Of a stretch of DNA of 63,990 nt, positions 13,356-26,376 are shown in pieces. Source of the stretch: Catajapyx aquilonaris (Eukaryota); contig KZ538105.1 in assembly GCA_000934665.2 (NCBI GenBank), positions 62,001 to 125,990 on the forward strand, written 5' to 3'. Below the pieces are notes generated by a model, which searched no databases, was not told the DNA's origin, and was given only the letters and a program-made list of their open reading frames with translations. Each line of letters starts with the position of its first letter. Within the stretch, counting starts at the first letter, position 1. Made by a program: the position numbers and the translations under genes.

Positions 13356-15717
13356 TTACAAGAGATTTTTAAATAACTATGGGCGCTATGGGCCAAATAT
13401 TATTGAAGTTTGGCAACATGGTGAGTAATTAAGCCCTCTGGAGTGTATTGAGACAAACAGTGCAAAGTGCTTTTTATCACTTATGTGTTGCAATGCCCTT
13501 TACGAGGATATGACTAGAGCAAAGTGTGAAAAGGGACTCCCCGTTTTACCTCTTCATTATTTACGACGACTTTTTATGGGGAGGTTCCCTCAAATATTAC
13601 GGTTACCAGAAGCCCTCCTGTAAATCATCTGACTACATCTTTATTATGGCGATTACCGAATCCGCTTGTTTGAAAGGTTGATATGACAATGTTTCTATGT
13701 TATTAATCAACGATGTACTCAGGACAGGGTTTCCCGGAATAAAAAAAAACAGGTGTCGCCATTAGTCAACAGTTGCGTTTTGTTCAACCTCAGCCCAGCA
13801 GAACCCACTTTTAGTGACTAATGATTTAATTACACCCCAACCCAGTGGGGAGGGGGGGGGGGCTGCCATTGATATGAAATATCTCCATTGTGACTTGTTC
13901 CAATGTCCGTCGCACTAAAGCTGCCAGCCTTTTGCCCATATATCTTCATTCCAGAAGTCGGAGGAGGCGATACAACACGGACATTGGGAAATCATGCGAA
14001 AAGAGGTACAGGGGACCCCATTTTACACCCGCATGCCACTTCGCTGTCGGACATCATGCAATGTACGTGGCCAGTGCCTTTTTATGACCATGGACAGCAT
14101 TAGGCTCAGGCCAGGCATTTTTATGACGATGTGGTCTCAGATGGGCCGAGTCACGACACTATGCCAAGAAAACTGTGGGGGTTACACACACACAAAAAAA
14201 AATCAAAATGGACGAATTTGTAATTCGCACCCTGGTGGTAGGGGTGGGTTAACAAAAGGACCGGAATTTCCTTTACACGTGGCGAATGTCACTTATCGTG
14301 TCAAGCGGCGCTTTGGACATCAATAGTGCGCTGGATCACGGAATTTCTGTGTTCAAACATTTCTGTGCGATATCGAGATTGTCGTATCGATGTTGCATTC
14401 GATATATCGATATCGAATTCATATTTTTGTCCATAAGCAAGTAACGGACAATGAATTTCATTTCACTTTCACATCAATGAGCATTAGGTACAGGTTATGT
14501 GATTGGCTTCATCCGGGTTAAAAAACCAGGGTTGGTATTATTTATAAGGGCAGGTGCACGAAAACCACCCAAACCGGCGGTGAGGCTCCAGAGGACTCTT
14601 AATTGCTTGTTGGCGCATGCTAATGCCCTATTATCTGACCTCCTACAGAGGAAGAGGACAGGCGACCCTAGTTTTTTTTTTGGAAGAAGAAGACCCAGGG
14701 GTTTTTGGGTCTGAAACCCGCCGGTTTCGTTTCTTTTTCTTCCCGACGTGTCATCTGGGGGTTGATCGATGCAACCGAGTGAGTCAACAAGCCAGGAATT
14801 CTCGTGCAGGCATGCCAACTCGGAAGAAACCTGAATCAGCGTCTAAAGACTGCGAAAGATATATGAGTTGGTTGGAAATAAATGCCACGTGGGCTTAGCG
14901 TCATCTTCCGGGAAAGCAATGGCGTCATAATAACACCATCTATTGGCCAATTGGTCCAAAATACATGAATTTGTGTCACATCACACATTTGATATTTTTA
15001 ACATTTTGACCCCTGTCCATTCACATTTTTCATGGTGACCCTTCTACCCAGAAGGTCTTGAACATTGGACTTGACGAATGATCTCATCTCCTACATCCCT
15101 CTATTTTTACTCCCGTGCATCTGCATGCAAGTCCCTCATTTTTAGACCCACCGTCACCACCAGATGTCGTGAAAGAATAGGAATCCGGAGCTTTTGGCAC
15201 GTTCCTGCTTACACTTGATTGCACATATAAGCGTTTCGAACACCCCCACCCCTTCTTCCTCTTCAAGAAAATCTGTGGAGACTCCCCCGGTTCCTTCTTA
15301 CTTTATTCCGCCAAAATTCCTCTCCTTTAGTTCCTCGACACCAGCAGCGGAAATTATTCATAATTCATGTTTGGAAAAGGGGGCGCTGCTGTCGCATTGT
15401 GGAGAAAATATTAGCTGGATTATTGAGTTCACGGATCCAGTGAGCTGGGGCCAAAACTTGGCAGCGTCTAATTAATCATTCTTGGTTGGAAGGTATTTGT
15501 TTCGACAATTCTTTGAGTATGGGTATGGCGTACAGTCTCCATCAAAAAATGTTATCTTGCAGGATTTACCTCCAAAATGTGCCTGACCCTTGTCTGTCCT
15601 CATATATATCCAGAAATTTCAGCCGGTTCTCATCGCATCGCAATCTGTAAAAAAAACCGTTATCCCAACGGTTATCTCCCCATCACGTGGCCCAACGGTA
15701 AGGATCAGAGACACCTT

Positions 15718-15831
15718 GTGAGGACGCCCCTACTAATTGGGATCCTCCCAACCTAGATGATAGTGATTTGTGGGATATCCACCACGTGTCCTGGACAACC
15801 TTAATGTGTATCATTGTTGGGGCGTCCTCAC
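15718..15831. repeat. Short inverted-repeat element (possible MITE remnant)
   Basis: Perfect 13-bp inverted repeat GTGAGGACGCCCC / GGGGCGTCCTCAC. Confidence 0.4.
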
Positions 15832-16487
15832 CTGGCAATCTCCGGTAGCCATCGGGATCTCCAACCCCTGCGATTCGAGACTGAATTGGTTATTACGTCC
15901 GCAGATTAAGCTCTAATCTCCTTACACTCCGGCTCTCAATAAAGATGTCTATCTATTACTACAAGAGCGGGTCGATACACGCTGTAAGACTGTCGATATC
16001 TCCCAGCAACATCTGTTTGTTTCGATCTTAATTGACCCCTTTTTTTTCTTCGGCTGGAACTCCAATCTGAGGATAATAAAGACATCATCGCAACCACCCC
16101 TCCCNACCCCCCCCCCCCCCCCCCGTCATTACTAGTTGTCCACTGCGGAAGGTCAAGGCCAGCTGGATGTACCGTAAGTGTTGCTTTGGAAAAACATAAG
16201 TGCACCGCTCTGGTTCCATCCCAAGAATTTTGATGGTAGCGCTTTAGAGATTGGTCACGTTGCGCACATTATCTCTCCTTCTCCGCATGATCTCGCTCAA
16301 CTTGTTCCGACTAATACTGAAAATAAGGTAATTCGGGTCATTAACGGCAGCCTGCGGTTGGCCCGCCATGCCACAGATTCAATGAATGATCCGGCAACGT
16401 GTAAGGTAAAGGGGATGGACCAGTAAGTGAAGTGGCCACTATATAATTTTTAAAGAAATAAAAATAACATAAAAGTGAAGGTTGTCT

Positions 16488-16619
16488 CGGAAGATGTCTT
16501 GGAAGCTACCTTGGAAGATGTCTTGGAAGTTACCTTGGAAGATGTCTTGGAAGTTACCTTAGAAGATGTCTTGGAAGTTACCGTGGAAGATGTCTTGGAA
16601 GTTACCTTAGAAGATGTCT
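16488..16619. repeat. 24-bp minisatellite
   Basis: GAAGATGTCTTGGAAGTTACCTTR, about 5.5 copies. Confidence 0.95.
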
Positions 16620-17483
16620 CGAGGTGTGTCACTTCAAAACACCGAAATGCCAGCCTTCTTCTGGGTAAGACGTATCTCTTGTCTGGAACTAAGCTTCAAT
16701 AATTAATCAGCCAGTCCGGAGGACACTTCCCTGAGGAAGGGAGCGTGTCACCAAATTCCCTTTTCAATCCCCTTATAGAAAATAGAGATAAGGCAGGGAA
16801 CGTGCTGAAGAAACTGGAGGAGAAGATGCACAAGAGGTCGAGGGCATCGCTGCCAAGACATTGACGGATGGTTCAATCTGGGACTCTGTAAACATAGCCT
16901 ACACCCCAGACTCCGAGAAGCTCAGGACCTAAGATTTATACTCGTGTTGTCCGTGCTAAGGACGTGAGGTATGCCTGTAAAGTGTTATACGCATCCATTT
17001 TTGCTTTGACTACAGGTACAGCCATACTCAAAGTCACAGTCTGACTTTAAAGGAACCAAAATCTGCCAACGTTGGTAGGCTACTATTATTACCATAGGCT
17101 CTTTTTTCCTCGTGGTCGGCCAGATCTTTTATGCCGGTGGCTCTTTCACTTTCGTGGAAATAAAAGGGCTTGACCACGAACAGTGACATCCAATGGCTCG
17201 GAATATTGGAAAACGAAATGGAAGCTTCGGATCCGAAGTGTAAATCAAGTAAACCCTCGGTCAGCGAGCGGGGCCATCTATCACAAGAACAATATGGCCG
17301 AGCCAAAGGCGGTCGAAGCCCCGGAACAGCCAGAAGATGTACCTTTTTTACGTTCCAGGACCAAGCAGATTCTTCCAATATCCTACACTTCAAGAGAGGA
17401 AAATCGTGTGTACCAAAAGTATTGCCAGGAATTACCAGTGTGCGACACCTGAACCTGAGACCATGAAGGGTTATCGTATGTGA

Positions 17484-17890
17484 CATAGGGGGACTCACAC
17501 GCTGTCAGCGCCATCTACCGAAAAATACCGCCGATACATCGTCGATCAATTTCGATCTTTTTCGTTATTTTTATCGAAATAAATACATGGCACGCCTCTT
17601 ACAGGCTGAGTGCACCACTATAACTCCCAGTGGCCTATACCTGGTAAAACCCTCGGTCCATCAATCGCCTAATGGCAAGTTTCCTTTAGTCGCTGGGCAA
17701 CGGCCCCCTCTGATGACCACATCACACTTCTTTGATTGTTCCCCTCTGATTGGCAGACTCTTAGAANTGGCCTTATTCCGCAAATGGCTTGAAGAGCAAG
17801 GCGGATGCCTTTGCCCTATTCACACCCAATGAGCCGCAATTTGGTAACCCGAGTGGCAGATGGCGCTGACAGCGTGTGAGTCCCCCTATG
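17484..17890. mobile_element. MITE with perfect 33-bp TIRs, each containing a CTCF-like core
   Basis: CATAGGGGGACTCACACGCTGTCAGCGCCATCT at the left end and its exact reverse complement at the right end. No clear TSD. Confidence 0.85.
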
Positions 17891-20520
17891 CATAATTGGT
17901 CAGCGACTTACATAGAGAAACAATGGATCACTGGGTGGGAAAAGCCGCTGGGTCATTTTCCGATGGACCAACCGGGGGTCAATAATTAACCGAGGTTCCC
18001 AGTAATATTTCCAGCCCGCCCGGTATGCTAATGGATATGACATTTAACCTTTTGATGGTGAAATAGAGCCGGATAGATCGGGGGGTTAGTTTTTATAGCA
18101 TCAACCATAATGTGTTTACCTGCTACAGTACAGTAAAAGCAAACTATTAAATTTAGTGTCAATTTTTTGAGCAAATACGATGTACTTTTCCAAATCACTT
18201 ATGCTCCTTGATATCTACAAAATTTTACACATTCACAAAAGCAGTACAGTAATTTACAAGCCGATCTTGTTTGACATGGATTTTCGCCACATTTCCATCC
18301 CAGTAATGCGCTTACTCCGCTAATATTCATGACCTCCCAAAACATTATCTTTCGCTGACTGCAATTCTTAAGCGCCGAGGCTTAAGATTACACAAAGACT
18401 CATTTGCATCCTTAATTTCAATCGCCAGCTCAAGCTCATAAATAAATGAAAAAAAAAGGAAAACAGCAAGAGACGAGTCGTCGAGAGAGAAGGAAAAAAA
18501 ATGTCTCCACTCTTCTTCCCCACATTTATTATAGACGCCTCTAACGAGCTCCTTCATTTCGCTAATGAGGAAGAAACAAGGGCTGGGGAAAAGTTCCCCC
18601 TAAAGCTTGTGTGTGAGACAGCAAAGAAGGCTCTCTTAGCAAGTAAGATGGCGCTTATGTTCAAACATTGTCCCCAAAAATGCAAATATTCAAAATATCA
18701 GAAGTCAAAATTTCGTCCACATAATTTTTTGCCAAATATTTCGTCCAACAAATTATGCATAAATATATTATCCAGTAAGTGTTGTAGGAACAATTATTTT
18801 TTCCAGATGTGGACGAAACAATAATGTCTTTAGATGGAAATTGGACCGGGTGTGACGTAACCTCCTTCCATCATAGTGGTTATCACTCACAGCCGTTCCT
18901 GGCCATTAACTACCAAAATTTTGGGTCCCCCGTTCTTCAGCCTCCTTCTGCTCGAGTAACGTAATCTTTCTTACCTCATTAGGCCCAGACGGACTGCCAC
19001 TCACGGGTTTCTTTTCAGTTTGGAAGCCAACTGACAGTGTGTGGCAAAAAGTGCGGCCATAATTGCCCCGTCTGAAGAAGAGTTTTTACCCCAAGTTTTG
19101 AGTCGGTCCAAAAAGGTTGGCTATTGGCATACGTTGTCGTATATCTTATGGAGGGTAAGTAGGAACCTTGCACATATGTTACGGTTGCCATGAGTTATGT
19201 TGTGTGTAAAAAGTTTGTAGGCCGTAAATTACGGAGCACTAAGGGTGACTTGCCATACTGTGTAAGGGAGGTACATTTGGAGACCGCCTGTGAAAAACAC
19301 CGGAGTAATGTCCCTTCTAACTTCAAGTCGAGGCATGCCATATATTGACAAAAAATGCTGGCTTTGGACCAATAGGGTCTACGAATATTTGGCACATTGG
19401 ATTAGGTAATGTCGTCGAAACCACATTGGTTAGAGAACAACCATCTTGTCCCATCACCATCAAGCCAACCCTCTTCTGATCAATCGCCAGAAAATGGCGA
19501 CGGATCCTCAAACCCTCCCGGATATTCTTTTCCGGGACTGTCCAGTAAACATCGAGTCGTGGACTCGGTCCAGCAAAGACTGATATATGGCCAATGTCGA
19601 TGAAAGCTGAAGGGAGTCTGCTTCTTCGGCGGAAAATCCCTCCTCATGACCAATTTGAAACCAATACAATCAAGGTTGATATCTATTTTTTTGTGTGTGT
19701 GTCCGGATTCTCTAGCTATTTGGGACAAACTGTCCGGATACGGCTGAATTTGTCAGAATGTCTCGAAGTGAAGTTGAATGGATGCACTTATCAGCGCTAC
19801 TAAGACATGGTAAGATACCTCGGGTCTCTGGTTTGGTTGGATGGAAGTTTCGCTTGTATATCAGATGACTGGAGGCAAAGTTTGGAAATTCTTTCGGGCG
19901 CCATCTTCTTCGACTTTATTCCCAGCCCTCGATATCAGAGGGGCTGCCCTCTTGATAAATGCGGAGTGCCAATCTGACAAATGCTGGCTGGCAGGGGAGC
20001 AACAATTTGGACGTTGTGTTATAAACATTCGGGACGTTACAAGCGGCACGTGTGTCGTACGAAAACGCCAACTCCGCGGAAACCATATCAGATTGCGAGT
20101 TACATGCACACAACAATATTTTATCATGATGTATGAACAAATCTGCAGAATTTTGCAAAAAAAATGGCGTCTCTCGCCATATTTTCGAAGCTGCCACTAC
20201 ATACGGGTAGACGCCATCTATCGGAGGCGTCTGGAATTTGTACATTACGTACAGATTGTCATTACATTTTAACTGCAATGAAAATATTTGATTGAATAAA
20301 TAACTTTAATAAATAATTATGGAACAACAAAAAATTGAATAAATAAACTATACAAATTATTGAATATTATGGAATAAAATTAAAAAAAAAATTAAATGGA
20401 ATAAATTAATCGAATATAAATTATAAAATAAATAGGAAACAATTACGCAGATGGATAGAATTGATTAAATAAACAAAATAGCTTATAAAGTGTAATTAAG
20501 CAGTGACAAGGCTAATAATT

Positions 20521-20731
20521 CAGGGTGTTTCAACTTTTTTGCCCGAACAGTTATCGGAAATATTGCACTATAAGCTGCTACTGAGTAAGCAGTGACTTGC
20601 AACCGGTTTGTCGGAGGAATGGGGAATATTCCCTGCGAATCTTAGGTTGAAGTGGCATACACTGCTTACAAAGTAGCCGCTTAGTGCAATATTTCCGATA
20701 ACTGTTCGGACAAAAAAGTTGAAACACCCTC
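20521..20731. mobile_element. Tc1/mariner-type MITE (CAGGGTG end, long TIRs)
   Basis: Inverted arms of ~80 bp (CAGGGTGTTTCAACTTTTTTGCCCGAACAGTTATCGGAAATATTGCACTA...). Flanks are TT and TA, consistent with a TA TSD. Confidence 0.85.
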
Positions 20732-20953
20732 TATCGAAACACCTAAATATTTTACTAAATGTGACATCAAATTTGTAGCAAATTTACAGAAAAATATGGC
20801 ATTTTTTTTCAAGTGGTGGCGACATCTTCATCCAGCTTTTCGTTGCTGTCAGTGCCATCTCACGGAAGCGTCTCCACATTTGAACACAAACTAGACCTCT
20901 TTACTGTACACCCCGATCCTGAGACATTTAGGCCCTCCAGTCCCGTTGCACAG

Positions 20954-21170
20954 TATAGCTTATCAGCAACTGGTAGGGCGGAAGACTTACGTCAAAACCC
21001 CTCTCCCAGTTTTCCGGTGGAATGGAGACAAAGTCGTTTTTCCGGACACTGAGGACGGGAAGGAAATCCGCGCCCTGTCTCTCCAAAGTTTCCAGTATGA
21101 TTCCATGGGCCTCTGGCAAATGCGGCGACACGAGGAAAGGATTGAATGTGCAGCCTTTCCTTCCATGCAA
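20954..21170 (+). CDS. Weak candidate coding exon, product unknown
   Basis: Stop-free frame (IAYQQLVGRKTYVKTPLPVFRWNGDKVVFPDTEDGKEIRALSLQSFQYDSMGLWQMRRHEERIECAAFPSMQ) bounded by CACAG| and |GTAAAT. No recognisable homology and no partner exons. Confidence 0.15.
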
Positions 21171-22724
21171 GTAAATACAAATAGGAATGGCTGCTGAGAT
21201 GACTTTTTTTTTACTTCGTCTTCCAAGAAGCTCAACCTAATTCACTTTTCTATTCCCTTCGATCAATACCAATACCTCGGGAAGCTGCATGTTTCCCATC
21301 ACTTCTTCCACCCCTCTCTATACACTACACCCTTCAGCAAGTCAATCCTGCCCTCTTTCCAAATGCATTGAAAACGTCACTAGAGGTCACCAGGGACCAA
21401 GTGTGAGTTTCCCTTACCAATAGCTGGGTAATACAAGAGGAACTGAAATTGGGCCCATTATTTTCAATTCTCATCGTCGTTTACATAAGCCCCCCCCCCC
21501 TCTTTTTTTTAAAAAATAAAATAAGACACCCCCCCTCTCCCCTCTCTGAGCAGGTTCTTTCATGTTCCTGCACTCGGTAAACTCCGTAACGACGTTAACA
21601 GGGGAGGAATGGAGGGAAAAGGAACTCCTACTTCTAACAACCAAGTTAGACCAGATTAATTAGAAACTCAAACTTCCCCTCCCCGTACAGGGAGTGGCAA
21701 AAGTCTCCGCAGTCAAAGTAGATTACAGGGGCTACGATTCGTGGTCGTGAATGGAAATGCACTACATCTTGGGAAGACGAATTAGCTTATGATTTTTACA
21801 CACTCCTTCAACAATGCAGAACTAACCTGGTACATACATTTGTGGAGAACACACAAATGCACCAAATATTGTTTAAAAATATTTGAGCTAAATTGAATAT
21901 AACAACAGTTTGTGTATCTAAAACGTATAATTACATGCGCGCAAAATTCTCCAGAGAGGACCTTCCATTCATAGTTAGTCCGTTTGGAAATATGCAATTG
22001 ATTTAATTTCAAAGTCATTTCATTACTAACATTTGCCATGGGCTATTGTATGCCTGGCTAATAAAGTGCATAATTATATTCAGCTTAGTAGATAATTACA
22101 CAAAGGGAGTAAGCAATACAGCAAAGTAGTACACACAAACATTAGTAACGCATTTGCACACTTTCATTGTATGTGAATATTTAATGTAATTTGCAAGCTT
22201 GTTGTAATGCCTTCTGAATAAATAACATTGGTAAGCCAAGATTTTGCGTCCCTAGCAAAATCTAGGCCTAGCTTCTACTTTTCTCCCCACCCATTTTCCA
22301 ACTTCACAAAGTTTCAAGAGCCTCCAAAACTATGGAAAACGTCTCTCTTGTACCATCCAGCTTGACTTTCTTTTCCGTCCACCCCCCCCCCCCTCCCCCA
22401 AGCCTGTCAAATGAACCCACTTCCCCCCTTCTTCTTAATTACTCTCCAAGGATAAAAGCGATCAAAGTCCTTCACCTATTGACGAAAGCCGATTCGTCAA
22501 GTAGCAGAACGAGACTAATTGCGACAATTGTCTTGTCCTTAATGAAGGCCTCCAAAGACGGGGGCTCCAGAAAGCTTGTGATGATTTTCCGCGCGCCTTC
22601 TGAGAGCCGCCACTTGGCACTTGCAATTAATTTGATCAGTCTGCGGCGTGAATTTCAGCATTAGGCTACAGGAAGACTCAAAAGCTGGTCATTCAGATGG
22701 ACATAAAATGTGGGATCGTAAACG

Positions 22725-23200
22725 AAAATATTCGACATTCGTTAAAACTGGTTTTAAATTAGTAAAAAACTTACTAATAAATGTCATAGTTGGCATGCGT
22801 GACTTTTACTGCCGGGACGGACATATTTAGGTAAAACAGGTTTTAAATGGGAATAAAACTTACTTTTAAGGGTGAAATGTCCTAGTATAGAAATGGGAAA
22901 ACCTAGTGGTGAGTTGGATGGGGAAAACCCGCACCCACGCCTCCTAAAACTGCGCATGCGTGACTTCTACCGCAGCCATCTTGCCAAAATTGACCCTCAC
23001 CGACGCGGAGCAAAAATCTTCGACATCTTTAGGTAAAACTGGTTTTAAATTAGAACGAAACTTACTATTAAAGGTGAAATGTCCTACTGTAGTAGAAAAG
23101 GGAAAACCTAGTGAGTTGGATGGGGAAAACCCGCACCCACGTCTCCTAAAACTGCGCATGCGTGACTTCTACCGCAGCCATCTTGCCAAAATTGACCCTC
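22725..23200. repeat. ~202-bp tandem duplication (two near-identical copies plus a degenerate partial copy)
   Basis: 22827-22998 resembles 23029-23200 (TTAGGTAAAAC...GAGTTGGATGGGGAAAACCCGCACCCAC...AAAACTGCGCATGCGTGACTTCTACCGCAGCCATCTTGCCAAAATTGACCCTC). Confidence 0.9.
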
Positions 23201-24163
23201 TGGATATGAACATACCGCAATGCAGCCATGACACCCTAAAAATCCCCAGACTGATGCCTTCCTCATCCTGTCAGTTCCCCCGCACTTAAACTAGACATCC
23301 ATCATATCCACGATAACAAATCTGAAGAACCAGTACCACCCCCCTACATACAGATACCCTAGATATACGCATCCTTCTCTCTCTCAAAAAAGGCGGTTTT
23401 ACCCACGCACATTGAAGAGCCCATGCGAAAAGTGGGAAGTGGCATGGACATGTGAGCAAAAGAGTCCCTCTTGAATGGGGAGGGACCCCCTCTATGGTGG
23501 TGGAAGGCACTGTGTGCGGCAATGCATGCAAATCACTCGGCTGGACAGGTGTTTGAGGTTATCCAACCCCTTGATTAAGGAAAACTGACTCCGCCTCTGG
23601 AATTCAAGCCATCCAATAGTAGAGGTTCATTAAAAGTAAGGAAAAAAAAAAATTTTACTAGAGGTTTTTACATGGACCTCACACTCGTTTTGGGACCTTG
23701 GCAATGCCACACTGGGAAAATGTCAAGGTTCTGGTACTTTCCTTTTCCCTCGTCCACCGGCTGTCTCCGGTTGTAGTTTTTTTATGCTCCTTATACTTTA
23801 CGAGGGGTTCATTACAGTACCTCCATTTCGCCTAATTAGCGCTTATAACTTAATTCTCACTAGTTGTTTTAGTGAGATGGAGTCGTAAATGCGGGGACAT
23901 TGCACGGCTCGAAATGTACTGCGATGACCTGCCTCAGACGGTTGTAAAAATATATATTCAATTTTAAGAATATGTTGTGGAGGTGTGATAAACATGTGTA
24001 ATTAGAGGGCGGTGTGTAAGTCACGTGACGTGCGTTATCGGCCGATGCGTACGGATTTTATTAAATGAATAATTGGAGTAAAACATTAGTGTGGCTGGAT
24101 GTAATCCAGAAGCACTTTATTTATATTTTTCTAATAATACTTAATGCACTCATTTGTATTAAT

Positions 24164-24453
24164 CATTTTACGCTTAAATATAATTATAAATTAATTTTAA
24201 AATACATTGCTTTGAAACTATTCAAAATGAATTAACGGCAATTTATTTATTATTTTAAATTTTATATTATTTTCATTCAGTTTATTACAAAATAAAATAC
24301 AAATAAATAAATATTATATAAATTTTACATAAAAAGCAAACTGCGAATTAAAATAATATATAATTTAAAATAATGAATAAATGGCCATTAATTCATTTTG
24401 AATAGTTTCAAAGCAATGTATTTTAAAATTAATAAATATTTAAGTGTAAAATG
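24164..24453. repeat. AT-rich foldback inverted repeat with ~120-bp arms
   Basis: TTAATTTTAAAATACATTGCTTTGAAACTATTCAAAATGAATTAA has an exact reverse complement at ~24388-24432. Similarity extends on both sides. Confidence 0.85.
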
Positions 24454-26312
24454 CGAAGCGAAATTTATTATAACCGTACTGATTTCAATTTATTCTAATT
24501 CAATTTAATTAACTATATTAATTATTTTGTAAAATTAAATACACAACTTTGGTGGTAGTGCATTGCCAGGATTCATTAGGCTACACCATTTTTCGAAATG
24601 GACGACCCCTAAAAATAAATATAAATAATCCCTAAAATCAACTCTAATGACATACCCGAGCTATAACTCAGCCTAAAAAAATCTTGGCACTAAAAGCCAC
24701 ACTTTTAGAGCACTATTCGATGTGTGCCCTGGCCTTAGTTGCTAATGGGATATCCGGCAAATAGACCTCTCCCTGCCAAATAAAATCCCTATAATTTATT
24801 TACCCACATGGCAAAGATTCGTATGCACTCACTCCGGATTATTCGGCCCGTACTAATACTGTAGCAATTTTGTCCGCATAGAAACACCCTCCACCAAATC
24901 GCTAAGCAAATACACATTAGCTGTATAGAACCTAGATTTTTGTGCAAAAAACCCGAGTCTGATGAATCTCGTTTTTCACCTTGTGCCAGATCCCATTAGG
25001 TACCTGACCGCACCATATAGTTCCCTAGTGCACTTCATTGGCCTCTAGGACCACCCCGGGATGACATATCGTGTTACTAGACCAACACCAGTAAAAGTGG
25101 TTGCCTCCGTTTATTTTGGCTTGGCTTCAGTTATATTTTTTTTTTGGGGGGGGGGGCATGATGGGTAGAGGGCGGTAAATCATTTTTCTGTTTCTCCTCA
25201 AGTAAACATGTGGCGTTTAGTGCCAGTCGTGTAAACAGTCGGTAAGCAGTTTGTGTATACCCGAGGGGGGTCACACAAACATTCGTCAAAATTAATTCGA
25301 CTTGAGGGGTGAATATGGCAACTACAGGGTATAACTTACGTCTGAAAGTGGGGGGTCACACATGGCCAACTATTTTAAACTGTGCACTAGGAAAACGCTC
25401 GCTCTTTTCTAGGCCTACGGCCTGGGGTACCTATTCGGCGCACCATATCGCCGGGGAATGGACAGTTTCCCCGGCAACCCAACAGTTGTTGTTTACACCC
25501 CCATTGCGCATGAGTAGAACGCGGGCCAATGGGGAGGTGGCGGTAACAATATGCGGCGGACCAATCAGAGGGTTCGGCCAACTCCCGCAAGGATTTTAAT
25601 ATCATAGATGATTTAATATAGGGTATATCAAAAACAATTAATCAAATGGGCCAGATCCTTGCCAAAAAAAATCGTTTCCCCCAAAAAATGTGTCACACTA
25701 ATTACGTAATCCCTGTAATGAGACAACCAGAGAGAATCGTGTCCGCTTCACACACACAAAAAAATCTAACACTCGCTGCCAAAAAACCGTACTTTTGTAC
25801 CGATTTCGAAAAAACGTGTGTCACAAATCATGCATGCGCGTTTAGGAAAATGGGCAAAAAAAAAATTCAGAGTGGGCCATATGTTCCCTCGATTCAACTT
25901 CTTGTAACCGGACATCATTTGCATTTTGTCCCCAGATTTTTTTTCCCAGTCCCAACCAAAGCGAGGAAAACGGTAATTGGACGCGAATTTGGACGCGAAG
26001 AATCATCTGCAATCAAGTCAAATGAATTTCTCCGAAGAATGAATGAAAGAGAGATGAGCCCTTTTTTTTTCGCGAAAGAGAAAAAAATGGCGGAGCTTGG
26101 AATTGGAATAAGGGGGGGAAAATGCAAGGAGGGCCAGTAAGTCATTGTTGGCGGGATGGATTTCCCCAGGAAGAGTCGGAGAGTTGAGGAGCCTTTGTGG
26201 GAGGGCTAGGAAGCGGAAGGGAATCGGAATCCTAAAGTCTCCCATTCGGCCCATTCAAACGCAGCCCCTTCCTTTCAATCCCTGAGACCAGTAACCACTG
26301 ACTTACTGTTAT

Positions 26313-26376
26313 GAGCCTGGGTGCTCAGACCCGACTGAATCAATCTCTCGTCTCAGTCTAGGGAGCACCCATTCTT
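26313..26376. repeat. Small hairpin element (possible mini-MITE)
   Basis: Nested inverted repeats TGGGTGCTC/GAGCACCCA and GACTGA/TCAGTC. Confidence 0.35.

Noticed and set aside
12825..13376. 183-aa ORF
   Set aside because: It is the translation of the TATACGAGTAC minisatellite.
16475..16702. VLEVTLED repeat protein
   Set aside because: It is a 24-bp minisatellite with no exon support.
17034..17498. 154-aa ORF and overlapping plus-strand ORFs
   Set aside because: No recognisable homology, and the start lies inside the MITE TIR.
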